From the NCBI RefSeq assembly GCF_018977255.1, contig NW_024704742.1, positions 27,592,001 through 27,656,000 of the forward strand: a stretch of DNA of 64,000 nucleotides, written 5' to 3'. The position numbers were made by a program, and so were the translations under genes. The notes beneath the pieces are model-generated. The model did not search any database. It saw only the letters and a list, made by a program, of their open reading frames with translations, and was not told where the DNA came from. Below, in pieces: positions 27,147 through 39,053 of this stretch (within the stretch, counting starts at the first letter, position 1; the number at the start of each line of letters is the position of its first letter). Source of the DNA: Callorhinchus milii. Lineage: Eukaryota.

Positions 27147-27290
27147 ATAATAATAATAATAATAATCCTTGCATTTGATATAGCACCTTATCACATCTTC
27201 GAGACATCTCAAAGCTCTTCAAAGAATATACTGTAAAGTGAATTGACTGCATATTTTGCGGGCAAAACGCAGCAGCCAATTGCGCACAGT
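27147..27290 (-). mobile_element. Young SINE 3' half, tail-to-tail with the preceding copy
   Basis: (taa)n-tccttgcatttgatatagc...gcagccaattgcgcacag. Confidence 0.85.
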
Positions 27291-27509
27291 AGATGCTTTA
27301 CATTGGCAATGGTGATTTTAAGTGACTTGGCTTTTGAAAATCTGCCACACTGAAGCTCTTGTAAAAAACATAATGGTGCAAAACCATAAGCTGACTGGGA
27401 GAATTTACCCACTTGACCATGAGGATAATTAGGACAATCTTCTTTTAAAATTTAACACTTTGCAGGCTTTTATGTTAAATTTGGTAGCAAAGTGCATCTA
27501 ATGTGAAAT

Positions 27510-27882
27510 CTTTATTGAAGTGGAGAAGATTCAGAGGGAACCTGATAAGAGTCGTACAAAATCATGAGGGTTTTTGACAGAATAAATGGGGAAAAGCTAT
27601 TTTGACTGATAGAGGGGTCAGTGACTAGGGACCACAGTCACAAGACGAATGAAAGGAGAGCTTAGGAGAAATGGTTTCACTTGGACAATTGTTGGGGGGT
27701 ATGGAATGCCCTGTTGAGTAAAATAGTAGAGGTGGAGTCTATTGTGGGTTTCAAGAGGGAAATAGACATGTGCAAAAAAGATAGAGATGTGGGGATAAGA
27801 CAGGCACTTTGTTCTGAGAGACAGTGTAGACTCAATGGGACGAACGGTCTCTTTCTGTGCTGTAAATTTTTATGATTCTAAT
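27510..27882 (+). mobile_element. CR1 LINE 3' end
   Basis: LIRVVQNHEG/YKIMRGFDR-like remnant, WNAL motif, 3' UTR ...tttctgtgctgtaaatttttatgattcta. Confidence 0.75.
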
Positions 27883-28619
27883 AACAGACTCAGTGGACTG
27901 AATAGCCTCCTCGTGTTCCTTTTCTCCCTGCAAGGCATCCCAGCTCATTGTCATGATGCCATCAGTATAATGTACACATGATGCCTCTGCACTTCCATTT
28001 AATGTACAAGTTGAAGCTCACACAAAATACTGTTATCACAATTTGCAGCAAAATGACGTGGATATATCTGACATTGTGCAACTGTGAATAGTTAAACCAA
28101 TATTGGCACAGGCATCAGGAAAGGAAAGCATAAGCTCCATATGTGTTTGCTGAGATGTAATGAAAATATGGTACTAAATATGTTAAAATAAAAAAGAATA
28201 TCCTTTCTATAAATTATTTAGCCGTGTTTCATTTGGCAGGATAATCCTGTAGGGTGCTTATTATTCATTTATTTTATGACAGCTTTCTTTAAACATTTTG
28301 TGTCACATTGCTATAAATTGTTAAAATGAATTTACAATTAAAGTAGCCTTGTAATAATATCAGTTATGGACTTCAAATGTATTTTATTCCAATTATGTTC
28401 ACATAAAGGTTTAATTAAAGTAGAATTTTAAATGCTGCTAAACATTGAATGTTACAGCAAAAAGCCAGACAATTTGTCCAATCAGTTCTATGTTGGTGTT
28501 TTTCTCCTTGTAAGACTCTAAGTCAAATCCCAGACATTCCCTGTACCTTTTATATTCCTCATTTTGAACTGCCTTTCTAGTCTCTTTTAAAGTATTCATT
28601 ACTTCATTCATTATGTGAA

Positions 28620-29022
28620 TCAGGCGGGTCCAAAGTACTCCAGGGCACTGATGATGACAGTTCAGGCAGCCTGGATCATCAGCAAGACTCGAAGAAGGGG
28701 CAGTCTAATCACTGGGCGATGAATTCTTCCCGCTCAGCTCCGGTTACCATGCAAGCCAAAGCTCAAATTAGTAAGGCGTTTCTAGTTGGACAAGCAGCAG
28801 GAAAGCTGGCTTGACAGTGCTTTCAATGGCAAGCTACGCGGATTTAGCTGGTTAGACTCCAGCAATATCCAAATGCACACTCTGGGGCCCACAAGCCTTG
28901 CCACTTGCCAACCTAAGCTTAAAACTCAGATTGGCAAGGTAAATAAGATGTGACCCTGGTGTGGTTTGGATAGTTTAAACATGGGATGGGTTTCTGCATG
29001 TGTCAGACATCCGGCTGTCCAA
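28620..29022 (+). mobile_element. Family X copy D, with an internal deletion
   Basis: Collinear with the reverse complement of copy A from aatcactggg to gtgtcagacatccggctgtccaaa. Confidence 0.7.
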
Positions 29023-29290
29023 AAATAATCTTTACTGAATTCTGGTGTAGTTTCACATCTGTGGTCAATCATAGCTGGTTATAACCATAACACTTAATAG
29101 GAGCCCTGTATTTGTGAAGAATAAAGGTTGATAGACTTTCCTTCAGGACGCTTGACAATTTGAAGAGAAATTATTTTCCGCTGCAGTTTTTAATTAGTAC
29201 CGAAAATGTCTCCAGTGTCTTTAGTTTATTTGAGTTGACAAATTGGAAGCTGTTTTAACTATTGATCTTTTAATTGTGACTTCATTTCAG

Positions 29291-29424
29291 GGGCAGAAGA
29301 GCACCAGTGATTGTGTAAAATCTCCGCAGATTTACATCTATGAATTGAAATCTGGAATCTCAGATAAAGAGTTACTCGGATGTCTGGAGTCACTGCGTGT
29401 CTCTCTGACCAGCAATCCTGTCAG
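29291..29424 (+). CDS. DIAPH1: Diaphanous-related formin internal exon (GBD/start of DID): GQKSTSDCVKSPQIYIYELKSGISDKELLGCLESLRVSLTSNPV(S)
   Basis: Acceptor ttcatttcag|GGG, donor TCAG|gtaaga. 134 nt, phase 0-2. CLESLRVSLxxNPVS is a hallmark of Diaphanous formins. The paralog call rests on the downstream exons. Confidence 0.93.
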
Positions 29425-29739
29425 GTAAGATACGTATGCAGATCATATACTGTATCATGCATCAGATTGATATTAACCAGGACACCACACTTCTGTCATT
29501 TGCCTCACTAATACAAGCAATGGAAGTTACTTTCTGGAGATGCAGGTGCCTCTGCACTTGTGTTTGGTACAGTTATACAACAACAACAACTTGCATTTAT
29601 ATTGCGCCTTCATGTTGGGAAGCATCTCGAGTGATTAATAGAGATAGAGCTAGACCCCAAACCAGGGAAAGAGTGAGGTGGCCATAAAGAAGGTCAAAGA
29701 GGAAGTTCCTCCTCTTGGGATGTGATTTAAAGTTTGTCA

Positions 29740-30555
29740 AGGATCTAGTTTCCTCTTGAATGCATCTGCACTATCTGATTCAATTACCACTTCAGGTAGC
29801 GTGTTCCACAATCTCACTACCCTCTATGTGAAGTATTTCCTCCTAAATTCTCTTTCAGATCCCCTAGTCCCAATCTTAAATTTGGGACCTGGGTTATGGA
29901 ATCTAAACCAGTGGAAGCAGCTATTTATGTTAACCTTATCAAATCTTTTATTATTTTAAACCCTTTCATTTGCCTCCCCCTAACAATAGTCTCTTCTTTA
30001 GAGAAAAGAGGCCCAAACTATTCAGTTTATCCTGATAGCAGTAACCTGCAATCCCTGTTATCATACCAATAAACGTACACTATGATCTTTTCATCCTTAC
30101 TATATCCCTCTTAGACTGTGGAGAACAGAATTGGACACAATACTCCAAATGTGGTCCAACTGAAGTTTTGTATAAATTCAAAATCACCTCCTCACTTTTA
30201 TATTCTATCCCTCTGGATATACATCCCAAAACCCTATTTGGCCAATTTTAATGCCTTATGTAGCTACTTTTAAATGTGGATATGAATCCTTAGTTCTCTT
30301 TGCTCCTTTATTCCTTTTAGCTTCGTTCCATAGTCTATAGAGGGCTTCTTTATTTTTTCCTGCCAAAGTGAGTTACTTTGCATTTTCCTACATTAGACTT
30401 CATTTGCCATTTATCTGCCAATTCTGTTATGTCTACCTGCATTTATCTATAATTCCCTTCACTGTTTACTACAGCCCCACAGTTTGGTGTCATCTGCAAA
30501 TTTTGACAGCATACTCCCTATATCTGAATCCAAATCATTTTTGTATATGGCAAAT
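29740..30555 (-). mobile_element. CR1 LINE ORF2 (RT C-terminal) fragment
   Basis: Minus strand gives KFADDT and NLYKTSVGPHLEYCVQFC; disrupted by stops and frameshifts. Confidence 0.85.
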
Positions 30556-32374
30556 AGTAATAATAATAAATAATAATCCTTGCATTTGATAAAGCGCTTT
30601 TCACATCTTCTAGACGTCTAAATAACGTACTCTTTCTATTATTATTATTATTATTATCATCATCAATAACGTTTCAGTATCGTTCCTAACACGGATCCCA
30701 TCGGAACACCACTTCCTACTGAGAAGATATGTGTGTAAATATTTTGTGCATCCTTTTGCAACTAGTACATTTTGGACCCCAGTGTGACTGGCAACAACAA
30801 ACAAAATCATTACCCCTTTAAAAAAAATTCTATTAAGATCTTCAGAGGAACTTTGAGGAGTATTTTAGCCACTCCAATATTATTTTATTCATGAAGCTTA
30901 TTTCATTATCAATTTGGGATATGATCATAATTAATAGAGAAAAATAAAATCTCAGTAGTTGCAATAATAATAACTAATTCTGGCTTGGTCTTTTCTAGTT
31001 GCAACTTTTCAGCGAACAAATAGACACAATTTCAACAAAAGACTCCTATATATATAGTTTTACATGATATTTTTTAGCCATACTGAAAATAAATTGGTCA
31101 CTTTGTGTTTTGAATACCAAACCCCGGAATTTGTGAACCTGAAGTACAGTATTTATATGTGCTGATCAATTACTGGTCGTAGATAATTTCCAGATTTAAT
31201 TTGAAGTCAAAGATGAAGCCAAATACTGAAAGTTGAAGTGCCTTAATAACAATAAACTTTGATCCACAAATAGAAAAGAGACTCCTATATATATGATTAG
31301 ACAATAGGTCCTAATGAGGAGTCGTCTTTAGAGACAGTGTAATGGATCCAAAACCAGATTGTCTGGATGTCCATCAACATTAACACAAGGCAATGATTAT
31401 GCACTACAGCACTTGTCTCAGCAACATAACAAAAAAATCAATAGCTTTCAACCCTGGCAAACCAATTTTCCCTCAATTTGCGAGATCTGAATACAGAATC
31501 TACAGAAGAAGACGTGAAAAGTGCTATATCAAATGCAAGGATTATTATTATTATTATAATCTGCCGAGAGGTGTCTCAACAGAGAGAAGCTGCAAAAAAC
31601 AACTGTGAAACAAATAGAATTAGGGTTCCGGATTTGGAGCAAGTTGACTGTCCTTTTTTGGCTGCAGAAAGTGTTTTATCCAACACTAACTGGTAAGCTG
31701 AGAAAACTAGGAAAACAAGTGGGATAAATGCATGTCTTGAAAATTAGGTAAGAAACAAAATAACCTTTTAAAGCAAGGTGACCACACAAAAACAACACAT
31801 TTTGAAGATTAAGCAAAGAAGATTAAGTAATGAAGGGAATAAATTAACAATACACATAGAATTCTATAGAACAAAACGGCATGCAAACAGGCCATTTGGC
31901 CCAATTAGTCCGTGCCAGTGTTTAAACTTCACACATACCTTCACCCATCCTTCATTCAACTATATGCCTTGTCTTGAAGATTTGTGGAGGGATTTCCTCT
32001 ATCAAGTTTTTTAGTGTAGACTTTGCACAAAAACTGGGGTCAACCCACCTGAATGTGAGATGCTGAATGGAGTACTGAAAAACAAATGGTAATGATTTTT
32101 TGTTTAGTGATTAAAAAAAAGTCCCAGATGATCTAGGAGGTGATGGACATATCTGGTAATGAAACGCATCTTCCTTGTAAGGATAATTAACTGTTATTGA
32201 CATGGTAAAGACTTGGTCCTAAATGAATTCCTTTTCATTGCTATTTTTGCCAATTTATGGAAGTTCCCAACTCAGAATTAGTCAATTAGCAGAGTAGTGT
32301 TTTATCTAAATAAGAGAGAAAGAGAGTGGATACAGCGAGCAAGAAAAATTGACCAGGTTAGAGTTTTTCTCTGG

Positions 32375-32790
32375 AGATGAAACAATTGGAAGGAGACTTG
32401 AAGGTAGAAAGGATTCAATAAGGTAGACATTAATAAGCTTCTTCAACTTGTTGATAAGTCCAAAACAACAATAACAACTTTCATTTATATGGTGCTCTGC
32501 ATGCAGAGTAGCGTCTCAGAACATTTAATACAAGAGGGCTATACATATAAAACAGTCAGTAGTGCATCAAAAAAGTAGTTTAAGAGGAACTTCTTTGCAT
32601 AGAAGATGTAGAATGTGGAATTCATTGCCAGAAACTTGTTGAAGTAAAAAGCATGAATATATTTAACAGGAAATTTGATGTATAGCTGAGGGTAAAGGGA
32701 ATACAGGTATGAAAAAGGGGATTAGACTTATGTGGAGTATAACTAGTTGGGCCAAATGGTTTGTTTCTATTCTGTAATGTTCTGTAATAA
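32375..32790 (+). mobile_element. CR1 LINE 3' end with a nested L2 tail fragment
   Basis: FSLE and WNSLP remnants and a gggccaaatgg...ttctattctgtaatgttct end; (caa)n-type L2 tail near 32462-32520. Confidence 0.6.
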
Positions 32791-33138
32791 AGAAAGTTAT
32801 CTTGCGTAATACAATGCTTGTAGTACATAATGTTAGGTGTGAATTCCTGTAAAATATGTTCACAAAGCAAATTCACAGTCCCCTTCTGTAAAAATTATAA
32901 GTTCTACAAATTGTAAATTCTACAATCTGACAAATTATTATAAACCAAGAACAACATGAAGCAATCTGAATTTTGAGAAATGACAAATAACAAAGATGGA
33001 TGAAGTTCTGAAACTGGACCATTTTCCTTCATTGAACAGTTGATACTTCAGGCATTTGCTTTAGTGAACAACTCGATTTCTTAAGTTATCTTCATAACAA
33101 TATTGGTGAGATTTATTTTATTCTCCACTGTTGTGCAG

Positions 33139-33213
33139 CTGGGTTGAAAACTTTGGCACAGAGGGTCTGCCTTTACTCTTGTATATTCTGAAAAGATTAC
33201 AAGAATCCCCAAG
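33139..33213 (+). CDS. DIAPH1: DIAPH exon: (S)WVENFGTEGLPLLLYILKRLQESP(S)
   Basis: Acceptor ttgtgcag|C, donor AAG|gtagga. 75 nt, phase 2-2, in frame with the previous exon. Resembles human DIAPH1 [20 protein letters not shown]. Confidence 0.92.
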
Positions 33214-34182
33214 GTAGGATCATTACGTTTTGCATTCTAACCGCCTCTTGTTTATATCGCATCATCAAAACATCTCAAAGCATGTCACAGGATTTACTGT
33301 AAAGTGTAGGGACTGTGCATTTGTAGGCAAATGCTGTAGCCAGTTTATGCATAGCAATGTCGCACGAACATCAATGTAGTGAATGATCAGTTTGTAGGTC
33401 ACTGAAAAATCGTGCCTCAATACCTGTCATTACAAACAAACCTTCTCCTTCCTGTTTTTAAGTTAGTTAATGGAATTCATGCCCAAGATGATATTTTTAG
33501 GCATTTTAATTGTAAAATCATTTTCTTGCTGAAACTATAGAAATTTCCTGAAACTTAAGGGCTCATTCAAATCATTTTTGTTCTGCTAATTGTTTCTTAA
33601 TCGCCCTGTGAATGTCTTTGGAAAAATTCACGTGTTCAGGAAGGTAATGGTGGTAATAAAGAAAGGGCTTTGATAGGCAACACGTTGGAACTCAATAACT
33701 CTTGAACCATTCAGTTTCAGTGCTGATCAATGAGATATTTACGCTTTGGGCTAGTTCGTGCTGGAGTGATCCACTTGACAGCATCAATTATTGCTTGAAG
33801 TCATGAAAATACATCCTTCCTGAAGGATATACATGGATGCAAGTGGCCTGCCAGGAAATTATAAACTTTGGGGGGAGAAACAGTGGAGTTTACTGTAGTT
33901 CACTTCCCTAAATATTTTGTTCATCACTTGCACAGTATCCATTCTTGCTAAAGTAATATAATGAAAAATGCAATATATGTATCAATAGTTGATTGACAGC
34001 TTGGTCCTTATGTGAGAGAAAGAAACATAATGTGTATTTCACATGATAATAAGAAGACCAGATGCACCCATTTATAAAACATTGATTAACCTTATCATTC
34101 TTTTTTTCTGTTTAGTTGTATTGATTATTTAAGCTGAGCGCTGTTGATATGACTGGAGGAATTGCTGAGTGAAACATCTGAC

Positions 34183-34360
34183 CCTCAGGTATATGAGGAG
34201 GCTGCATTAACCTCAATAATATGAGGAGACTGCCTGTATTATCCTCAATAATATGAGGAGACTGACTATTATCCTCAATAATATGAGGAGACTGCATTCA
34301 CCTCAGCAATATGAGAAGGCCTCCTGAACCTCACCAATATGAAGAGGCGAATGGGCCTCA
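34183..34360. repeat. Minisatellite, about 6 units of 27-32 bp with palindromic core CCTCA-N6-TGAGG
   Basis: CCTCA begins at 34183, 34211, 34243, 34273, 34301, 34329 and 34356. Confidence 0.9.
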
Positions 34361-35216
34361 GATGGGACATTAAACCAATGTCTATATAGCTGCTCAGGTT
34401 GATATTAAAGATCTCATGGCTAAGGCTGTAAGAAAATCGTCCTCTGCAAACTGAAACTTGTTGCAATGTTTAATAACTGGTGGATGGTTCAGTTGATGGA
34501 CAGGTGTGCTATTGGGAACACCTATTTATTGTAGTCATTAAATGTTGTAAAAAGTTGTGGTTTCCAAGCTGTGATTTACTTACAGCCTTACCCATAGTAC
34601 TACAGGTATTCAAAAAAGAAGGGAGTGTTCCCAATGTTCATGAGTTAAATTTGTCATTCACCTCCTAGTTGTCTGTGGGACACTAAATTGGCTGACACTC
34701 TGCCTACAAATACAGTCACTATACTTAGCAATAATTACAGTGAATTCCTGATAATGTGTCACTCCAAGGGAAAGGAGCTCAGACTATACTGTAAAACATT
34801 CTGAGATGATTCAACGTTACATGCTACACTGAATGCAATGATCATTATTGTTCTTAATAATACTTTGATCAGGAAGAGGGTGCTTGTCCCTTTTTTACAG
34901 GTTGTTTCAATGGCTTTTTAGAAGTTCCAACAAGTGCATGGGACTCTTTGATAATTCACAAACCAATACTCTTTGATGAAAATTGAAGATTACACATCCC
35001 TGTCAGCTGCACTCGCCATTGACACACAAATATTAAAAAAAACTGGATTGATTTCCCATTTGTCTCTTAAGGGTTCTGCTTATGATATGTGCTGTACTCT
35101 AGTGTGAGATTTTGCCCACAGGGATGGCAGTGTCTTTCAATAGCTGCTTGAGTTGTGCAAATCAACCAAAAAGGGCTGTGACCAAACTAAACATGCCTCT
35201 ATTTGAATTAAAACAG

Positions 35217-35286
35217 TCTGGAGAAGAACAATTTTAAAAACCAGCACGAGATCATCCGATGCCTCAAAGCCTTCATGAACAACAAG
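35217..35286 (+). CDS. DIAPH1: DIAPH exon: (S)LEKNNFKNQHEIIRCLKAFMNNK
   Basis: Acceptor aaaacag|T, donor AAG|gtgggt. 70 nt, phase 2-0. HEIIRCLKAFMNNK matches DIAPH1 as I recall it. Confidence 0.93.
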
Positions 35287-35816
35287 GTGGGTGAATCATT
35301 TATACTATGTGTGAGCGTTTAATCCATCCACAGCATTAACACCAACTGCAAGTCACAGCAGCACTTCTCCTCCGTGCATGATGCTTGGATTGGATCCACT
35401 TGTGCAGTTCTGCTTCCATTCCCTCAATACACAAACAGCCTTGTACTCTGGGCTTTTGGCTTTAAAGGATGTGAGAGAGAATAACAATAAATTCGACAGG
35501 AAATTCAACAGCTCTCAGCTGGTTTCAGGTTTGCACATGTGCTCTTTTCATCTTACAGTGGGGAGAGTTTGTGCTGTCTTGTTTGTCAGCCCAGTGGAGA
35601 TTTTAATTGGTGCTGTTTGGATTAATAGCCTAACTGTTAAGATCTACAGATAAGCAAGGGGGACTTAATCTGCAGGTTTAACTCTTAAATAAATAAATAG
35701 GATGAACAACAATCACAATTAAGTGGGTTTACAGAGGAAACAAAAGGATAACAATTCTGGCTAGATTCTTGAGAAATTAAACTGGTTATGTTAAGATTTC
35801 TCCCATTTCTGATTAT

Positions 35817-36191
35817 GTGGAGTCCTGAAGTTCAGTGGTTAGAGCACTCACCTCGCAAACTAGGTTCTATTACCAACCAGCAGGGCGAAATGTAGGGCAT
35901 GTTTCCTTACTCCACGCGCCTCTGTTTATCTAGCAGTAAGTAGGAACTCGGTTGATAGTCGATTGGCGGATCGTTTTTCCGGGGATAAGAATCCCTCAAA
36001 AAATGTTTTAAAAAATAATAATTTGGACACTCAATCCACGACTGTTTGTGGGACATTGCTGTGCGCAATTGGCTGCCACGTTTTACCCACAAATATACAG
36101 TCAATTCACTTTACAGTATATTCTGTGAAGCGCTTTGAGACATCAAGAAGATGTGAAAAGCGCTATATCAAATGCAAGGATTATTATTATT
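35817..36191 (+). mobile_element. Full-length young SINE, long variant
   Basis: gtggagtcctg..cagtggttagagcactc head through aaatgcaaggattattattat. Confidence 0.9.
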
Positions 36192-38033
36192 AAATAGAAT
36201 GTATAATTTTCCTCTCAGTTCTTTCTTGTTTCATCCGCTCCACTCATGAAGGTGTTACCCTTCATGTGTGAGCTCAGATGCCAATCCATAACTTTGTCAT
36301 TATTTTAGTGCCCCAAACCCTTGTAATACTTGTTTCATTAAAAATGCTGTTTAAAAATGCTTTTAATGTTTTGCTATATAACCTGTTCTGTGCAAAAAAT
36401 CCTCCTCCAGTTTTCTCCTGCTGGTGCTATCTCATACTGGCATGCGGTCCATCACTGCTGTACTGTGTACCTCAACCAAGTGAACATTCGAGATAGCAGA
36501 CTCAGTTTAACTGCTCTATGGGCACATCTAAATCTATTAATCTATTAATCGCCACTAAATAAATAACAAATTAACCTCCAAATTTGTTATTGTAGCCATT
36601 GCCCCCTGCTCTTTCAAAGCTCTGAATAACTCATCCCACATCCTCTTCCTCCTACCACCTTAGCTAAGTTGAAATAAAAAAAATGATCGCATTATTTGCT
36701 TCTTTCTTTTTAAGTACACCAACACTGTGGAGCTTGCTAGGAGCGGTTAGAAATTCCTCTATGTTTAAAAAGTCCAAGCTTGATAGCCCCAAATTCATTT
36801 TAACCTATCTACCTCTCTATCTTTTAACTTTGATATTGTCTTGCACTATGATCTTTGCCTTCCTCCCCATTAAAGTTTCTCCGTATATAATTTGCTGTCC
36901 CCTGTGCATCTCTCTTAGTGTAGCTCCTTGTTTTACACCTCCAGATTAATAACATTTGAAAATTATCAGTGCAGTGGATGAGCTTGGGATTCATCTGTTC
37001 TGTTCTTTTGCTTTTGAACTTTTGTTATTAAAATAAAGTTGGCAAAATATTTCAGTTTTTTTTACACCAAATGAGCCTGCATAGCAATCTGATGTTTGAT
37101 ATCCAACCAAGTAGAAATTATAGCTGGAGACGGTAAGAGCTGTTGTGGTGGGCAGCAATAATAGCTTGAATGAACTCATCAAATTCAACATCTTCCCTGA
37201 TTATTCAATTGAGTTTTATTCTTAGTGACTGGAAAATGGAAAAACACTTTCCGTCTCGCTTGTAAAAAGTGTGAATATAATTTTTTTCCTCAATCATAGT
37301 GCCACTTTTAATGATTTAGAATTCAAACTGAAAATCACATTATTTGTTATATATAATAATATATATCCCGTGTTTAGTAAAATATCTCACACATGTAACA
37401 TCCATAATGCGTTCAGTGCTGTCAGTCAGCATATAACGCCCCAACATGCAGTGAATTTCCCCTTTCCCTTCCTAAAGAGATTTGACCCCTTTATTTCCGT
37501 CAATGGGGCTGCAGTTTAATGGGTACTGCTCACCCTCTGTACGTCGCTAAGTAGTCCTTAGTCCCATGTGAGTGTTAGCAGACTATTTGATGGAAAAGGT
37601 GGGTGAAGGGATGTCAAAGCCCAGCCTGATCTTGTCCTCACCCACCTCGAAATAGCAGTCAGGAGTAAGACTTCACATCAGCCTAACCTGAAGCACCAAA
37701 ACCAGCTTCTTGACTGTTACCCCAGCTGAGATCAACTAATTCAGAATAGACTGGGGTGGGGGGGAATTAAATCTGGGACCATCCCAGTCACTTACCTTAA
37801 TAATGGGATTCATCTCACAGGGGCCAATCAGTGTGATCCTGTGCATTACCAATTAGGTATTTTAGCCACAGTCTTTACACCAAAATGGCTCTGATGTTCA
37901 AGGTGTCATGACTGAAAAGAAATGAACTGTTCCTGTAACATGGACAGATAGAAAACAAAACCCCCTTTGCTTGTAAAATACAGCTCTGATCCTTTTCCAT
38001 TCAGTTCTATTCTTTGCGTGTCTCTCTCTGTAG

Positions 38034-38173
38034 TATGGTTTAAGACGGATGTTGGAATATGAGGACGGCATCATCCTGCTGGCTACTGCCCTGAATCCAG
38101 TCTTTTCGGCAATGATGGTAGACTCTGTGCGACTGCTGTCTGCTCTCTGCATCCTACCAGATCCTGACAACAT
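38034..38173 (+). CDS. DIAPH1: DIAPH exon (DID armadillo repeats): YGLRRMLEYEDGIILLATALNPVFSAMMVDSVRLLSALCILPDPDN(I)
   Basis: Polypyrimidine acceptor tctctctctgtag|TAT, donor AT|gtaaga. 140 nt, phase 0-2. LLSALCILP is the DIAPH1-type DAD-binding segment. Confidence 0.94.
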
Positions 38174-38741
38174 GTAAGATTTCCGATAGCTTCTTACGTT
38201 TCATCTTGGAAACCACATTGGCAGTACAAGTATTGATGTTCTACAGACTTGTGTGGGTGTGTGGCTAGGGGGGTGGAATGCATCTTATATCCAATTCACT
38301 CAAAGCATTCAAAGTATCTGAAGAATAATAATTGTTTGGGGGATTTTGGTCCAGCTGTTCATTTTTCAAAAAAAATAGCAACGTGAATAAATTAAGAGCA
38401 TGTTGCAGAAGACGAACAATTCTTTATAATCTCAAAGGAACTCCATATCAGAGAGTCCTTGCCTCCTGAATGATAACCCTGCATCCCCTTACACTTTGAA
38501 TTATCAAAGGTTTAACAGCAAAGGAGTTCCATTTCAAAGCTAATGGAAAATTATATTCAAAGCTCTGGAAGGAGAATTCAATACAACCTTTTTTTTCCAT
38601 ATGAGCAGAAATCAACGTTCAGGATCGATTTAGATATTTGAGGGCTCTTTGATCAGTGAAAGTTATTTGGTTGTACCTTTTAACTCTTTTTCAAAAAAGT
38701 AAGTCTTTGTCCTCTTTCCCCCTCTCCCCTTCTGAATTCAG

Positions 38742-38850
38742 CCAAGAAAGGGTTCTTGATGCACTTTCTCTTTGTGGGGAAAGGACGAACAAAGAGAGGT
38801 TTGCGCCATTGCTTGAAGGTTTGAAGAATAAGACCCCGGCAGCCTTGAAG
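38742..38850 (+). CDS. DIAPH1: DIAPH exon (DID): (I)QERVLDALSLCGERTNKERFAPLLEGLKNKTPAALK
   Basis: Long pyrimidine tract and ttcag|C acceptor, donor AAG|gtatcc. 109 nt, phase 2-0. Resembles DIAPH1 ERVLEAM...ERFQPLLDGLK...ALK. Confidence 0.93.
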
Positions 38851-39053
38851 GTATCCTTCACTCACAGTAGCACTTTTTGATAATGTATAAGATATAAGAT
38901 GACTAGTATTAACTTAATTGTGCCAAATAAACAGAGCTGTGTGAAATGTGAGTGACCCATGTTATAAATGATGCTCTGATGTTTCAGTCAGAGGCTAAAA
39001 ATTGCATCAATTTTCAAGGTTGCAGTGGTTTACAGGCTCCTGGGATGAATATA

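Noticed and set aside
28648..28700. CTGATGA as a hammerhead core in family X
   Set aside because: No properly placed GAAA or closing stems; it only pairs with a downstream tcatcag.
34183..34360. CRISPR-like array of palindromic repeats
   Set aside because: Linkers are very short and related to each other, there are no cas genes, and the context is a vertebrate intron. It is a minisatellite.
35963..36193. Recurrent ORFs ending [11 protein letters not shown] (also near 31393, 53865, 55425)
   Set aside because: These are chance translations of the SINE tail, not a protein family.
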